DNA from: Cyanophyceae cyanobacterium
GTDB lineage: Bacteria > Cyanobacteriota > Cyanobacteriia > Cyanobacteriales > Laspinemataceae
NCBI GenBank assembly: GCA_038321985.1
Contig: JBBQFN010000025.1
Coordinates: 1 to 64,000 of the forward strand
Direction: 5' to 3'
Length of the DNA: 64,000 nt
The notes beneath the pieces are model-generated. The model saw only the letters and a program-made list of their open reading frames with translations, did not search any database and was not told the origin of the DNA. Position numbers and translations under genes: made by a program. This document shows, piece after piece, positions 9,866 through 20,084 of the stretch; the stretch's first letter is position 1; each line of letters starts with the position of its first letter.

Positions 9866-11176
9866 TTAGCGATCGGGACGTTGCACGATAGTTTCCATAA
9901 CTCGGCGCTTATTAGAATCAATCCCAAACAGGCGAATATACTCCCCTGGATGGTTTTTTAAGCAAGATTCTAACGAGGCGATCGCCTCCGATTCATTGGG
10001 AGTTTGAATCGATCCGCAACTTTGCCAGGACCCGGTTCGGAATCGGCGTTGATCGACGTACTCAATGCCAATCGGATAACCTTGGGATACTAAATGCCGG
10101 ATTTGTTGCACCGCTTCCGAGTCTAATGTGGCACTATGGGATTGAGGTTTATTTTGGGAAGGCGACCCCTGGGTAGAGGGAGAAGCGTTAGATGGGGTGG
10201 GTTGAGAGTTAGAAACCGTATTTTCCTGGCGTATTCCATTCCCCGAGGCAGGTGCTTGTCCCGGCATATACCCATAGCGTTGGGCGGTGTTACTTTCTGC
10301 CAAAGAACGGTTATAAGCAGCAACCAATCGCAACTCTTGAATATGTTGCTGTTCCTTCACCATTTCTTCCCCTTTTTCCATCAGGTGTTCGAGGCGAAAA
10401 TTGGGCTTTATGAAGCTATGCTTTTCCGTGCTGTTGGCCACTTTTAGGCCAATTTTATCAAATCCAATTTTCTCAATAAAGGCCAGAATTTGCTCATCGT
10501 AAATACTGGACCGCAAGGCACTAAAAAAATCAATGGATTGACCTTCAAATTTAGAAACCAGTTGTTCAATTTGCGTTCGGTTCAGTCCATCAGGGGTAAA
10601 AATTCCATTGACAATTTCTAGTCGGTCTTCTCGACTGGGTTCCCAAAAGAATTTATCCATGCGTCCATCTCGAACCAAGGGTGCATACAGGGTCCCAAAA
10701 TCATTTCCAGTTACAATAATTGGCACCCGAGGCAAGGGTTCACTGTCGTAACTACCCGGCAGTTGGACATTGGTCGGATTATCAGCAATATTCATCAATG
10801 TCGCATTCACTAATTGCGTATTGACAGTGTATTGCGTTGCGCTATCCACTCGCCCCGCCCCGGCATCAATATCATTAATCATTAACACGGCTAATTTGCC
10901 ATGTTTGCTAATAATATCCGCTGCTTCTCGATACCGAAAGCGCACCAATCTAGAGGGGTCCCCCGCATCGGGGCTTTCTAATTCCCCAGCGGATAAATGA
11001 ATCGCTTGGACTTTCATCCGTTTGAAAACTAATTCACATTGAAAGGATTTTCCTTCTCCCTTGTGGCCGTGTATTCCTAAAATTAGCGGTGCGTTAATGC
11101 CCGGTAAATCCAGGAAGTTTTTAGTAATATGAACCGCTAGTTTATTGAGAAATTTAGGAGCGATGTAGTAAGTCAT
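9866..11176 (-). CDS. rca: Rubisco activase-like AAA+ protein with C-terminal RbcS-like (SSUL) domain
   Basis: PLILGIHGHKGEGKSFQCE, LMINDIDAGAGR, TGNDF..LYAPLVRDGRMDKF; C-terminal IGIEYVDQRRFRTGSW...EYIRLFGID. Confidence 0.93.
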   Translation of the reverse strand: MTYYIAPKFLNKLAVHITKNFLDLPGINAPLILGIHGHKGEGKSFQCELVFKRMKVQAIHLSAGELESPDAGDPSRLVRFRYREAADIISKHGKLAVLMINDIDAGAGRVDSATQYTVNTQLVNATLMNIADNPTNVQLPGSYDSEPLPRVPIIVTGNDFGTLYAPLVRDGRMDKFFWEPSREDRLEIVNGIFTPDGLNRTQIEQLVSKFEGQSIDFFSALRSSIYDEQILAFIEKIGFDKIGLKVANSTEKHSFIKPNFRLEHLMEKGEEMVKEQQHIQELRLVAAYNRSLAESNTAQRYGYMPGQAPASGNGIRQENTVSNSQPTPSNASPSTQGSPSQNKPQSHSATLDSEAVQQIRHLVSQGYPIGIEYVDQRRFRTGSWQSCGSIQTPNESEAIASLESCLKNHPGEYIRLFGIDSNKRRVMETIVQRPDR

Positions 11177-11215
11177 GGGCTGGGTAAGATAAATCAGAGT
11201 GAACAGAGGCAGAGG

Positions 11216-11351
11216 GCGTCAGAAAAATAACCCTTCCATATAATTATTTTAGCATCTGACGCACCATTCAAAATCTCAGCAGGGGGTTGGTTACGAGGCG
11301 TCAGACCGATAATAATTCTCGTTTGAAAGCAATCATTTTATGATCTGACGC
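11216..11351. repeat. Two tandem inverted-repeat units GCGTCAGA...TCTGACGC
   Basis: Units at 11216-11262 and 11298-11351 with different AT-rich interiors. Confidence 0.7.
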
Positions 11352-11382
11352 AGCCAATACGCTCTCTTGCTCCATATAACAA

Positions 11383-13023
11383 TTATGAGGGAGGCAGGGC
11401 AATCGGGCTTAATTTTAATTCAGGATGGTCGGATAAATTTTGGTCCAGATTCCACTGATTATTAAATAACAAAACCGGACGGCCCCATCGGTCTTTCGCG
11501 ACAAACGTATTAAATAGCCGGCCTGCTTTTTCCAACGGTTCCCAACCTCCCACAACCCATCGCGCTACAGAATAGGGTAAAATTTCTAAGCGAGTTTCCA
11601 CCCCATATTCATTAGTTAACCGGAACTGCACTACTTCAAACTGGAGTTGTCCAACGGCAGCTAAAATGGGGTCCCGCTTGCTTTCATCGGTAGAATTAAG
11701 GATTTGGACTGCACCTTCTTCTTGCAATTCTGATACCCCTTTATTGAAGTTTTTATACTTCGTCGGGTCAGCATTTTTTAGGAAGGCAAACAGTTCGGGG
11801 GAGAAGGAGGGAATTTCCGGATATCGAATGGGTTTTCCCATACAAACCGTGTCCCCGATCGCAAAGCTACCTGGGTTATTTAATCCAACTACATCTCCAG
11901 CATAGGCCACTTCCACGGTTTCCCGGTCTTGAGCAAATAATTTTTGCGGACGGGAGAGGCGAATCGCTTTACCTGTGCGGGTATGGGTCACTACCATATC
12001 TTTTTCAAACTGACCGGAACAGACCCGCAAAAAGGCCACGCGATCGCGATGTTTGGGGTCCATATTCGCCTGCAATTTGAAAACAAATCCGGAAAATTCA
12101 GGATAGGTTGGTGAAATTTCTCCCTGATCGCTTTCATGGGAGGCAGGGGCGATCGCATAGTCTAAAAATGCCTCTAAAAACAACTCTACTCCAAAGTTAT
12201 TCATGGCGCTACCAAAGAAGACTGGGGTTAATTGACCCTGATGAATCGCCTCTAAATCTAGTTTTGGACTGACTCCATCCAACAGTTCTAAATCATCTTG
12301 AAGCTGCTGATATAACTCCGGTTCTAGTAAAGATTCTAGCCGCGGATCGCCCACAGGAATGATAGTATCCGTAACTTTCTTACTGCCCTGGGAGGCGGTT
12401 TTTTGAAACAGATGAATTTTTTGCTGCCGGCGATCAACGACTCCTTGAAAGCGATCGCCCGTCCCGATCGGCCAATTCACCACATAAGTGCTTAAGCCTA
12501 ATTCTTGTTCGATTTCATCAATCAAATCTAGGGGCGTTAAGCTGGGGCGGTCCAGTTTATTAATGAACGTAAAAATTGGCAGTTTCCGCATCCGACAAAC
12601 TTCAAACAATTTACGGGTTTGAGTCTCCAACCCTTTGGCCGCATCAATTAGCATCACGGCATTATCTGCGGCAGCCAAAGTTCGATAAGTATCCTCACTA
12701 AAATCTTGGTGTCCCGGGGTATCTAACAGGTTCAACAAGTGTTCTTGATACTGAAATTGTAAAACCGTAGAAGTAATCGAAATACCCCGTTGTTGTTCCA
12801 TTGCCATCCAGTCCGAGGTAGCGCTACGTTGCGCGCGTTTGGCTTTCACCGCCCCCGCTTCTTGGATTGCCCCTCCATACAGCAAAAGTTTCTCTGTGAG
12901 GGTAGTTTTACCCGCGTCAGGGTGAGAAATAATAGCAAAATTTCGGCGGCGATTCACTTCCCAATTGAGGCGATCGTCTGGGGAATTACTCTGTGTTTGT
13001 TCCGGTTGCATCTCTAGTTGCAT
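11383..13023 (-). CDS. prfC: Peptide chain release factor 3
   Basis: [40 protein letters not shown] and [14 protein letters not shown]. Confidence 0.97.
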   Translation of the reverse strand: MQLEMQPEQTQSNSPDDRLNWEVNRRRNFAIISHPDAGKTTLTEKLLLYGGAIQEAGAVKAKRAQRSATSDWMAMEQQRGISITSTVLQFQYQEHLLNLLDTPGHQDFSEDTYRTLAAADNAVMLIDAAKGLETQTRKLFEVCRMRKLPIFTFINKLDRPSLTPLDLIDEIEQELGLSTYVVNWPIGTGDRFQGVVDRRQQKIHLFQKTASQGSKKVTDTIIPVGDPRLESLLEPELYQQLQDDLELLDGVSPKLDLEAIHQGQLTPVFFGSAMNNFGVELFLEAFLDYAIAPASHESDQGEISPTYPEFSGFVFKLQANMDPKHRDRVAFLRVCSGQFEKDMVVTHTRTGKAIRLSRPQKLFAQDRETVEVAYAGDVVGLNNPGSFAIGDTVCMGKPIRYPEIPSFSPELFAFLKNADPTKYKNFNKGVSELQEEGAVQILNSTDESKRDPILAAVGQLQFEVVQFRLTNEYGVETRLEILPYSVARWVVGGWEPLEKAGRLFNTFVAKDRWGRPVLLFNNQWNLDQNLSDHPELKLSPIALPPS

Positions 13024-13228
13024 GACATTCGTTCCTCAAATGGCGTTCAGGGTTAGGACTCAGAAATGGGTGAAAAGGGTTGCTGAAGTTCATTATAGCT
13101 AATGCTTTCTTTTTCTTAAACCCTGGATAACCCTTCTTTGAGTACATTTAGGCGATCGCCCATCCACGGGTTACCTGGAATTAACCCTGAACTCCCTAAT
13201 TTTTCTAAGCGACATTTCACTTTGCCCG

Positions 13229-14347
13229 TTGCGCCAACGACGATGTAAATTTGTTGGAAGTAGCATCAATCTTTGTGGAGACAATTGGCCCTCTAGGGAA
13301 GCAACCCAAACCCGATCGCCCTCCACCCCATCCAACCAAAAACCTGAAAAACGGCACGACTTCACCGAAGCGCCGGAACCCGATTGCGAAGCGTCTGCGT
13401 CGCAGAATCGCCTCCATAACCGTAGCAATGAAATAACGACCCTTAAAAACTGGATACTCCATGACAAAATCCGCATTGTCAATCTCTTTGGGTTGCCGGG
13501 AATGGGTAAAACTGCCCTGGGGAGAGAACTGGTGGAACAGATTCAAGAGAATTTTGACTGTATCCTCTGGCGCAACTGTACCAATACTCTGACGCTACAA
13601 TGCCTAAAAAGTCAATTAATTGATTTGTTATCGGCAAATGGAGAAACCCAACTGCCTTCTGTGATTGACTATCTGCGATCGCACTCCTGCCTAATTATCC
13701 TTGATGAACTTCAGGAACTCTTTGCCGATGGGGAATTAGCCGGAACTTATCTGCCTGAGTGTCAAGATTATGGCAAATTCTGGGAACAAATCCCCCGATC
13801 GCCTCACCAGAGTTGCTTCCTCCTCCTCAGTTGGGAAACCCCGACAGAAATCACCAACTTAGAAAGAGAAAACCGTCACTGTCGGAGTTTAAAATTGCTT
13901 GGTTTAGGAGAGTCGGCAGTAGAAATATTGCACTCTAAAGGATTAACTGATCCAGATAAATGGGGGGAAATGCTCCAAATTTACGGCGGTAACCCTTCCT
14001 GGTTAAATATCATTGCTTCTACGATTCAAGATTTATTTGATGGCAGTGTTGATCGCTTCTTATCCTATCCTAGTCTCTTTCTTGGAGACTTGGAATCCAA
14101 ATTGCAAGGGTATTATCAACGGTTGTCGGAGGCGGAAAAACTGGTGATTCGGTGGTTGTCAAACCAGGAAGCAGCGGATATTTTTCAAAACCCGGTTGAG
14201 CTGGTGTTGTCTGATGCTGACTTTTTGAAGGCGGTACAGTCTTTGAAGAAGCGCGGGTTAATTGAGAAATTTACTGAGAATGGATTGTCTCTGTTTGCCG
14301 TTCAGGTTTTATTTAAAGCGTATTTGATAGGGGGAGGCAACGACTGA
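13229..14347 (+). pseudogene. NB-ARC/STAND ATPase with winged helix, apparently 5'-truncated
   Basis: Walker A GLPGMGKT, Walker B CLIILDE and YGGNP motif. Starts at TTG within linker-like sequence with no N-terminal domain and no RBS; the stop lies inside a REP-like repeat. Confidence 0.6.
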
Positions 14348-14392
14348 AGTCGTTACTAAAAACAGCAGAAAAGAAGGACTGAAGTCGTGACC
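14339..14392 (-). repeat. GTAG-type REP-like palindromes CGACT-GA-AGTCG(TTACTAC), two copies
   Basis: Same family recurs at about 16138-16157, 43142-43163 and 43195-43216. Confidence 0.65.
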
Positions 14393-14440
14393 TTGAACTG
14401 GGGAATAAAAAATCCAGCTTTTAAACCTTGATTTTGAATT

Positions 14441-14458
14441 AGCCCGCGCAGGCGGGCT
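14441..14458. repeat. Palindromic repeat AGCCCGC-GCAG-GCGGGCT
   Basis: Second copy at about 39530-39546. Confidence 0.6.
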
Positions 14459-14498
14459 TTGTTCTTGTAACTCCAGCTTTTAGGTTGCTGGGTGATTT

Positions 14499-16016
14499 CT
14501 AGAAATCAAAGTAAATATAAGGTAAGCCGCCTTCGGGGGCAAAAATCCAAACGGCGTACAAACAAATGGGAACTAAGGCAATTTTAATCGGCCAATTAAG
14601 CTGCAATTTTAAGCCCCGATTCATGGCATAACTTAGGGTCATTAATAGCCAAATTAAGACTAATAACAAGGTAACTTCAATGCGTTCTAACCCTAGGGTT
14701 TCTCGATAAACTTTCTCGGCGAATTGTATATCTCCCGGATGTCCCCAAAAATGCTGCATGACCCATCCGGCTTCTGCTAGGTTGGGCAGTCGGAAGGGAA
14801 TCCAGGCTAAAAAGACCAGGGTTTGAGTGAGAAACCAACCGAGTAGAATCCCGGGGATGCTTTTCCACCAGAGTTTTAACCAGTCAACTCGTTTTGAAAG
14901 TATATCGGTGAGGCGATGCAGTGCCAAGGCGATGCCATGGACTGCACCCCAGAGGATAAATCCCCAGGCGGCACCGTGCCAAATTCCGGCGATTAACATG
15001 ACAATGATTAAGTTGAGGCAGGTGCGTGCTAATCCAACCCGTGAACCTCCCAGGGGAAAGTATAGATAGTTTCGCAGCCAATCTCCTAATGTGATGTGCC
15101 AGCGTCGCCAAAAGTCGGCGATGCTGGTACTGAAGTAGGGGAAGTTGAAGTTTTTGGGGAGGTTGAATCCGAGGAGAATAGCGCTGCCTCGGGCGATATC
15201 GACGTAACCGCTAAAGTCCAGAAACAGTTGCAAGCCATAGGCTATGGTAGCAAGCCATAGGTCACCGCTGCCAGCCCGTTGGACGTTTTCAAAGCTGAGG
15301 GTCGCAAATATTCCGAGGCGATCGGCGACGACTCCTTTTTTGAATGCGCCACAGGCAATCAACCAGAGTCCCTCTACCCAGTCATGGGAGGAGGGAAAAA
15401 TCAGGGTTTTGAGTTGCCGTTGGAAGTGATGATAGCGGGTAATGGGGCCGGAGATGAGTTTGGGAAAGAAGAGTTTATAGGATGCAAAGCGTAGAAATTG
15501 GGCTGAGGCGGGGGAACCTCGATAGACGTCGATCAGGTAGGCGATACATTCAAAGGTAAAAAAACTCAGTCCCAGTGGGGGAAGAATGTTGGTTTGAAAC
15601 CAAGTGGCGGTTTCTTGGACGGGGGGTAAATCAAATGAGGTCCCTATGGTGTTGAAGATAAAGGGAATGTATTTGAAGCCCGCTAGTAGCAAGATGTTGA
15701 ATAGAATACCGCCCCATAATCCAATGAGGCGGCGGCGTTCCCAGGCGGCAAATTGGGTTTGCCAGTCGTTGGTAGTCAGTTGCCAGGTTTGGGGATGGGG
15801 TTGACGTTCGGAGGTTTTGGCGATCGCCCGTCCAATCCGATAGTTAATCCAGGTCCCTGCCAGCAACAGGGGAATGTACTGCACCTGGAGGGAGGCATAA
15901 AAGACTAAGCTGGCGATTAACAGAATCCACAGGCGCGATCGCTGTTTATTAACGTTCCAGTAGATACCCAGAATACTCAGGAGAAAGAGGGCGTAGACAA
16001 TCGAGATAAATGTCAT
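14499..16016 (-). CDS. Second MBOAT O-acyltransferase (AlgI/DltB family)
   Basis: PLGLSFFTF, FFPKLISGPI, FLDFSGYVDIARG, FWRRWHITLG, GIWHGA and C-terminal YIYFDF. Confidence 0.94.
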   Translation of the reverse strand: MTFISIVYALFLLSILGIYWNVNKQRSRLWILLIASLVFYASLQVQYIPLLLAGTWINYRIGRAIAKTSERQPHPQTWQLTTNDWQTQFAAWERRRLIGLWGGILFNILLLAGFKYIPFIFNTIGTSFDLPPVQETATWFQTNILPPLGLSFFTFECIAYLIDVYRGSPASAQFLRFASYKLFFPKLISGPITRYHHFQRQLKTLIFPSSHDWVEGLWLIACGAFKKGVVADRLGIFATLSFENVQRAGSGDLWLATIAYGLQLFLDFSGYVDIARGSAILLGFNLPKNFNFPYFSTSIADFWRRWHITLGDWLRNYLYFPLGGSRVGLARTCLNLIIVMLIAGIWHGAAWGFILWGAVHGIALALHRLTDILSKRVDWLKLWWKSIPGILLGWFLTQTLVFLAWIPFRLPNLAEAGWVMQHFWGHPGDIQFAEKVYRETLGLERIEVTLLLVLIWLLMTLSYAMNRGLKLQLNWPIKIALVPICLYAVWIFAPEGGLPYIYFDF

Positions 16017-16224
16017 GTGCCGGTTTGTTAAAAGAAGGGGTCAGCAGGATTTAGGGAACAGGAAAATGAGGTGAAGCACGGGAGTTAAGGTGCTTCCACA
16101 GAATTGTACTTCATCTGCTCTCCTGCGGAAGCGGGGAACGACTCAAGTCGTTACTACAAACCGGAAGAAGCAACTTATGTCGTAATCTCCCCCATCTTCC
16201 CCATCTTCCCCATCTCCCTCAACC

Positions 16225-19086
16225 TCAACCCGACTGGAACTGCGCCTCTATGGTTTTATCAATGCGATCGCGGGTTTCCTCTAGGTGGGCTTTACTTGCT
16301 GTATCCAAATGCCGTCCTCGCTTTCTGAGGGCATTATCAATTTCGCCTTGGAGTTGCCGTAAGTTATAGCGGGCAAGGGTGCGGGCTTCATCAGGAACGC
16401 TGGAACTCCGCAACACCATCCCGATTAACATCCCTAAATGTTCCCGTTGTAGACTGCGGCGGACACTAGAAATTACTGTCAGGTCCTTTCCGCGATCGAG
16501 CACCTCGGTCCAAATTCCCCCTTCTAAGGTATTAAACAGTTCCTGCATCGTCAAGGCTTGACCCGGTTCAGTTTTTAATTCTAAATCCTGTAAGCGCATC
16601 AAGCGTGGATAGGATAGCAACTCTCGCAGAACTACCCGTTGCAGTAAGTTAATCCGTTGATGAATCGGATAATCCAGAGGGTACACCACCGGAACCGCAC
16701 CCCAGTGATACCAGCGATCGGGCGCTAATTTATTCAGCAGTTGCGGTGGAAATTGTAACGCCGTTTCATCGAAAATGTACTTTTGCAGTAATGCCAAACT
16801 CTGACGCTGTTTCTCCACAGACACGGCTTCAAAAGGCAAGCGTCCGTTACCGTCGGCATGATTGCGGTTAAACCATTGGCCCCCGATATAGAGAGTCGCA
16901 TTCATTGCCTGTCGGAAATAATAGGAAAACACTGTATCAAACATCGGCAAGACATCGGTGAAACTCTCCCCACTAGCGGGATAGCGTTTATCAAGGCGTT
17001 CCCACATTTGCTTGGCATTTTCTAACTGCCACTCGGAATATTTCAGCATATCCCCGCTGAGGTCAAACATATTCGCCGCCGGGTTGAGAATATCCATGGA
17101 ATCCTCATCTGGGGCGTATGCTAAATCGGGGTTGCTACTACTCGCATCAGCAATTTCTTGGAGTTCCCGCAGTTCTTGTTGGGGAAGCATCGCCTTCAGG
17201 GGTTTATACCCGTATTCGATCGCCCATTCATCATAAGGACCGACTAACATCGGGAAAAAGTCACCCTGTTTCTGGTCGCTGGGTGCCAAGTTCACGGGTA
17301 CATAGTCCATAACGGAGGCAACCATACCTTGTGTGCGAGTAATCGCTGTATTATGCAACTCCTCCGGTTCTAACATCGTACTGCCGTGGAAGTTATGGCG
17401 CAGTCCCAAAGTATGACCGACTTCGTGGGCGGTGAGGAACGTTAAATACTGATTGATATATGCTGTCATTTCCTCACCTTGGGGAAATGCATTATGGAAC
17501 AGAGACAAACCCATTGCCCCGATCGCCAACTGCTGAGGCGCTTCCATGCCATAGCAAAGGTCGTATCTTTCCATCATCTTTCTGACGAAGGTGTGAACCT
17601 GGGGGGGTTGCTGGACGGGGGCACTGGCATTTCCCATCAGGGCTGGATTGTTGCCAACTCCCGGACTCCCATTCATCCCGGGAACGCATGAAGTCCCCTC
17701 TAACATTTTGCCCAAGAAGGACATTTCTGAAGCATTCGGGTCTTTTTGAATCAGGGTCCGATATTCATTCTTGATATTTCGTACGATATTCCCATCAATG
17801 AGAATATCCGCATCTAAAATTTCCCCGGTGAGGGGATTGACGCGAGAGGGCCCGACTCCGGCAAACCAGGACTCGAATGAACTGGACCAGCGAATGGTGT
17901 TGTAACGCACATCTGAAGGATCCCAAACGGCATCATCAGGCATCTGACGGGCTTCGATCGCATTTAGAAACCCGGCTTTTTCAAATGCCTGATTCCAGAC
18001 TTCTATGCCTTCACGAATCGCATCCCGATATTCTAGGGGAACATTGTTTTCGATCCAAAAAACAATTGGTTTTTTTGCCGGGGAGAGTGCGGCATCCGGG
18101 TTTTCTTTTTCCAAATGCCAGCGGTTGATATAGCGCTGGAATGGTTCTTTACTCTGATCGTCAGACAAATTTTGATAGGCGGTAATAAAATAGCCGACTC
18201 GGTTATCCGCTAACCGGGGACGATAGCCATTGCTAACGGGAAGTGCTGAGAAGCTATAGTTCACGTTCAGGGAAAAACCCCGACTATCGGCCAGACTTTG
18301 GACGTCAGCAAATATATCCTCACCGCCCGTGAAGCCATAGACAGACTCAATTTCCACATTGGTGGGGAAGGTTTGAATTCGACCAAAATAAGATTTGTCG
18401 CTATCTCTGGTGTAGGCTGACCCTAAAAGCCAGGGTAAAAGCGAGGTCAAGCCGGTTAAATCCTGGCGATCAATCAGCAGTTGATTAAGGTCAATTAGCA
18501 GGCTTTCCCGGTCGGGATGTATGCTTTTAATGGGTAAAGAGGCAATCACGGAATCGCTAAAAGATCGGTTTAGCGATCGCTCGACAGGATCTCCGGGGCG
18601 AGCACGGAAATAAACATTCCTCACCCCAAAATGGAGGTTTTTATTCACCCGTTTAAAGAAAAAGAGAAAATCTTGTAGAGGCATTCCCCGGAACAATCCT
18701 CCTTCTCCAATCCCGGATGCTAAAGTCATCACGCATAAGAAGTTTGTGTCCAGTTGTGCCGGCTGAACCTCCAGGTAAACTTTGCCGGTTTTCTTCTGGT
18801 GATAGAGGGTGAAGAGTCCATCTAGCTTTTCCGCATCTTTCACTACCTCTTCAAAATCTTCCAAGGAATCGCTATCTTCGCTGTCCTCACTATCTTCGTT
18901 CTCTTCGCTGTTCTCACTATCTTCGCTTTCATCTCCCCATTCATCCGCTGTGGGAACGGGTATGTTTTGACTGTAATACCTGGGTTCAGGCATTTGGCTG
19001 CTGGCTTGACCTGAAAACAGTCCCAAGGTTACCGGCAATATGAAAAATGCCAAAAACAAGATTAATAAGCGCTTGACTTTTGACAT
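16225..19086 (-). CDS. Secreted zinc metalloprotease (EcxA-like, DUF5117/DUF5118 architecture)
   Basis: Signal peptide from ATG 19086, PRLADNRVGYF, INRWHLEK, HEVGHTLGLRH zinc motif and SVMDY Met-turn. Confidence 0.9.
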   Translation of the reverse strand: MSKVKRLLILFLAFFILPVTLGLFSGQASSQMPEPRYYSQNIPVPTADEWGDESEDSENSEENEDSEDSEDSDSLEDFEEVVKDAEKLDGLFTLYHQKKTGKVYLEVQPAQLDTNFLCVMTLASGIGEGGLFRGMPLQDFLFFFKRVNKNLHFGVRNVYFRARPGDPVERSLNRSFSDSVIASLPIKSIHPDRESLLIDLNQLLIDRQDLTGLTSLLPWLLGSAYTRDSDKSYFGRIQTFPTNVEIESVYGFTGGEDIFADVQSLADSRGFSLNVNYSFSALPVSNGYRPRLADNRVGYFITAYQNLSDDQSKEPFQRYINRWHLEKENPDAALSPAKKPIVFWIENNVPLEYRDAIREGIEVWNQAFEKAGFLNAIEARQMPDDAVWDPSDVRYNTIRWSSSFESWFAGVGPSRVNPLTGEILDADILIDGNIVRNIKNEYRTLIQKDPNASEMSFLGKMLEGTSCVPGMNGSPGVGNNPALMGNASAPVQQPPQVHTFVRKMMERYDLCYGMEAPQQLAIGAMGLSLFHNAFPQGEEMTAYINQYLTFLTAHEVGHTLGLRHNFHGSTMLEPEELHNTAITRTQGMVASVMDYVPVNLAPSDQKQGDFFPMLVGPYDEWAIEYGYKPLKAMLPQQELRELQEIADASSSNPDLAYAPDEDSMDILNPAANMFDLSGDMLKYSEWQLENAKQMWERLDKRYPASGESFTDVLPMFDTVFSYYFRQAMNATLYIGGQWFNRNHADGNGRLPFEAVSVEKQRQSLALLQKYIFDETALQFPPQLLNKLAPDRWYHWGAVPVVYPLDYPIHQRINLLQRVVLRELLSYPRLMRLQDLELKTEPGQALTMQELFNTLEGGIWTEVLDRGKDLTVISSVRRSLQREHLGMLIGMVLRSSSVPDEARTLARYNLRQLQGEIDNALRKRGRHLDTASKAHLEETRDRIDKTIEAQFQSG

Positions 19087-20084
19087 CTTCTGCCTTCCAT
19101 TTAACTGGAAGTACAGGGAAAAAAATGTCGCTAGACTCTGCCTAATTTTTATGAAGAACCGCTTTAGGAAATTCCTTTCGGACGCGAACTTTCTCATCAG
19201 ACGATGCATTAATATTTAGGGTGTATATTGAGGGGCGACTACATTCGAGGGAGAATGGTTGACCGTGGGAGTCCTACTCAAGACAATTGTAATTGTGCAT
19301 AAACTGTGATTTTACGGATCTAACATATAATTCCCCTATCTCGGATTGAAATAAGCACTAACAGCGCCGATCAATGCGGATCGAGGTCGATGGGCATCAA
19401 GGGTAGAAAGCTGTGCTTTATTATTCTAGGGTAGCGGTTGTATCTCAAAATGGCGATAGATTTAGCGCGATCGCGCTTCTGCCTTCCCAATCCCCTGAGA
19501 TTCCATTGCACAGCAGTGCAGTCCCCTCCCTCTGTTCTTCTGTCTGGAGTCAGGTTCAAGGGAGCATAGGAGACCGCAGTCACCCTCATAGGAAAAGCCC
19601 ACTCCCCAAATTATCCCCCTGCTTCAACAGGAGCGAGATCCCCTTGATCGCGACTGGTTTTCTCTCCCTTACCACCACCGTCAGCACCCTAATTTTTTGA
19701 AGCCCAAAACCGACAGGCTTTCTCACTCATTCAACCTGCGGCATTATAATTTAGAGAGTAAATGTTCGCCGGGAATGTACTGCCTTTAATTTTATTATTA
19801 TATCCTACTTCTAAGGTTTAATTCTCAGTTGTCTTGTTAAGAATTTTAAAACCTTACCCGGTATAGCTTCATCTTATCCCTAAAAAAAGCCACGGATTGA
19901 GGAGGATTTTCTAGGCTTTTATAAACCCTTAATACTTTACTCCTCCCAGTCTAGATTTTTGACAAAAATGCAGATTCAACCCGCCACCGCACCCATTCCG
20001 GCCCCCTTTCCGAGTAAAGGGGAGGGGACCATTCCTAGCTCGAACGTGAGGAATTGATGACTCTATCCGTTCGATCCGAGTCTC

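Noticed and set aside
19371..19700. ORFs 19371-19589 and 19413-19700 in the long intergenic region
   Set aside because: No recognisable motif or RBS, and composition is not protein-like; no supportable ncRNA was seen either.
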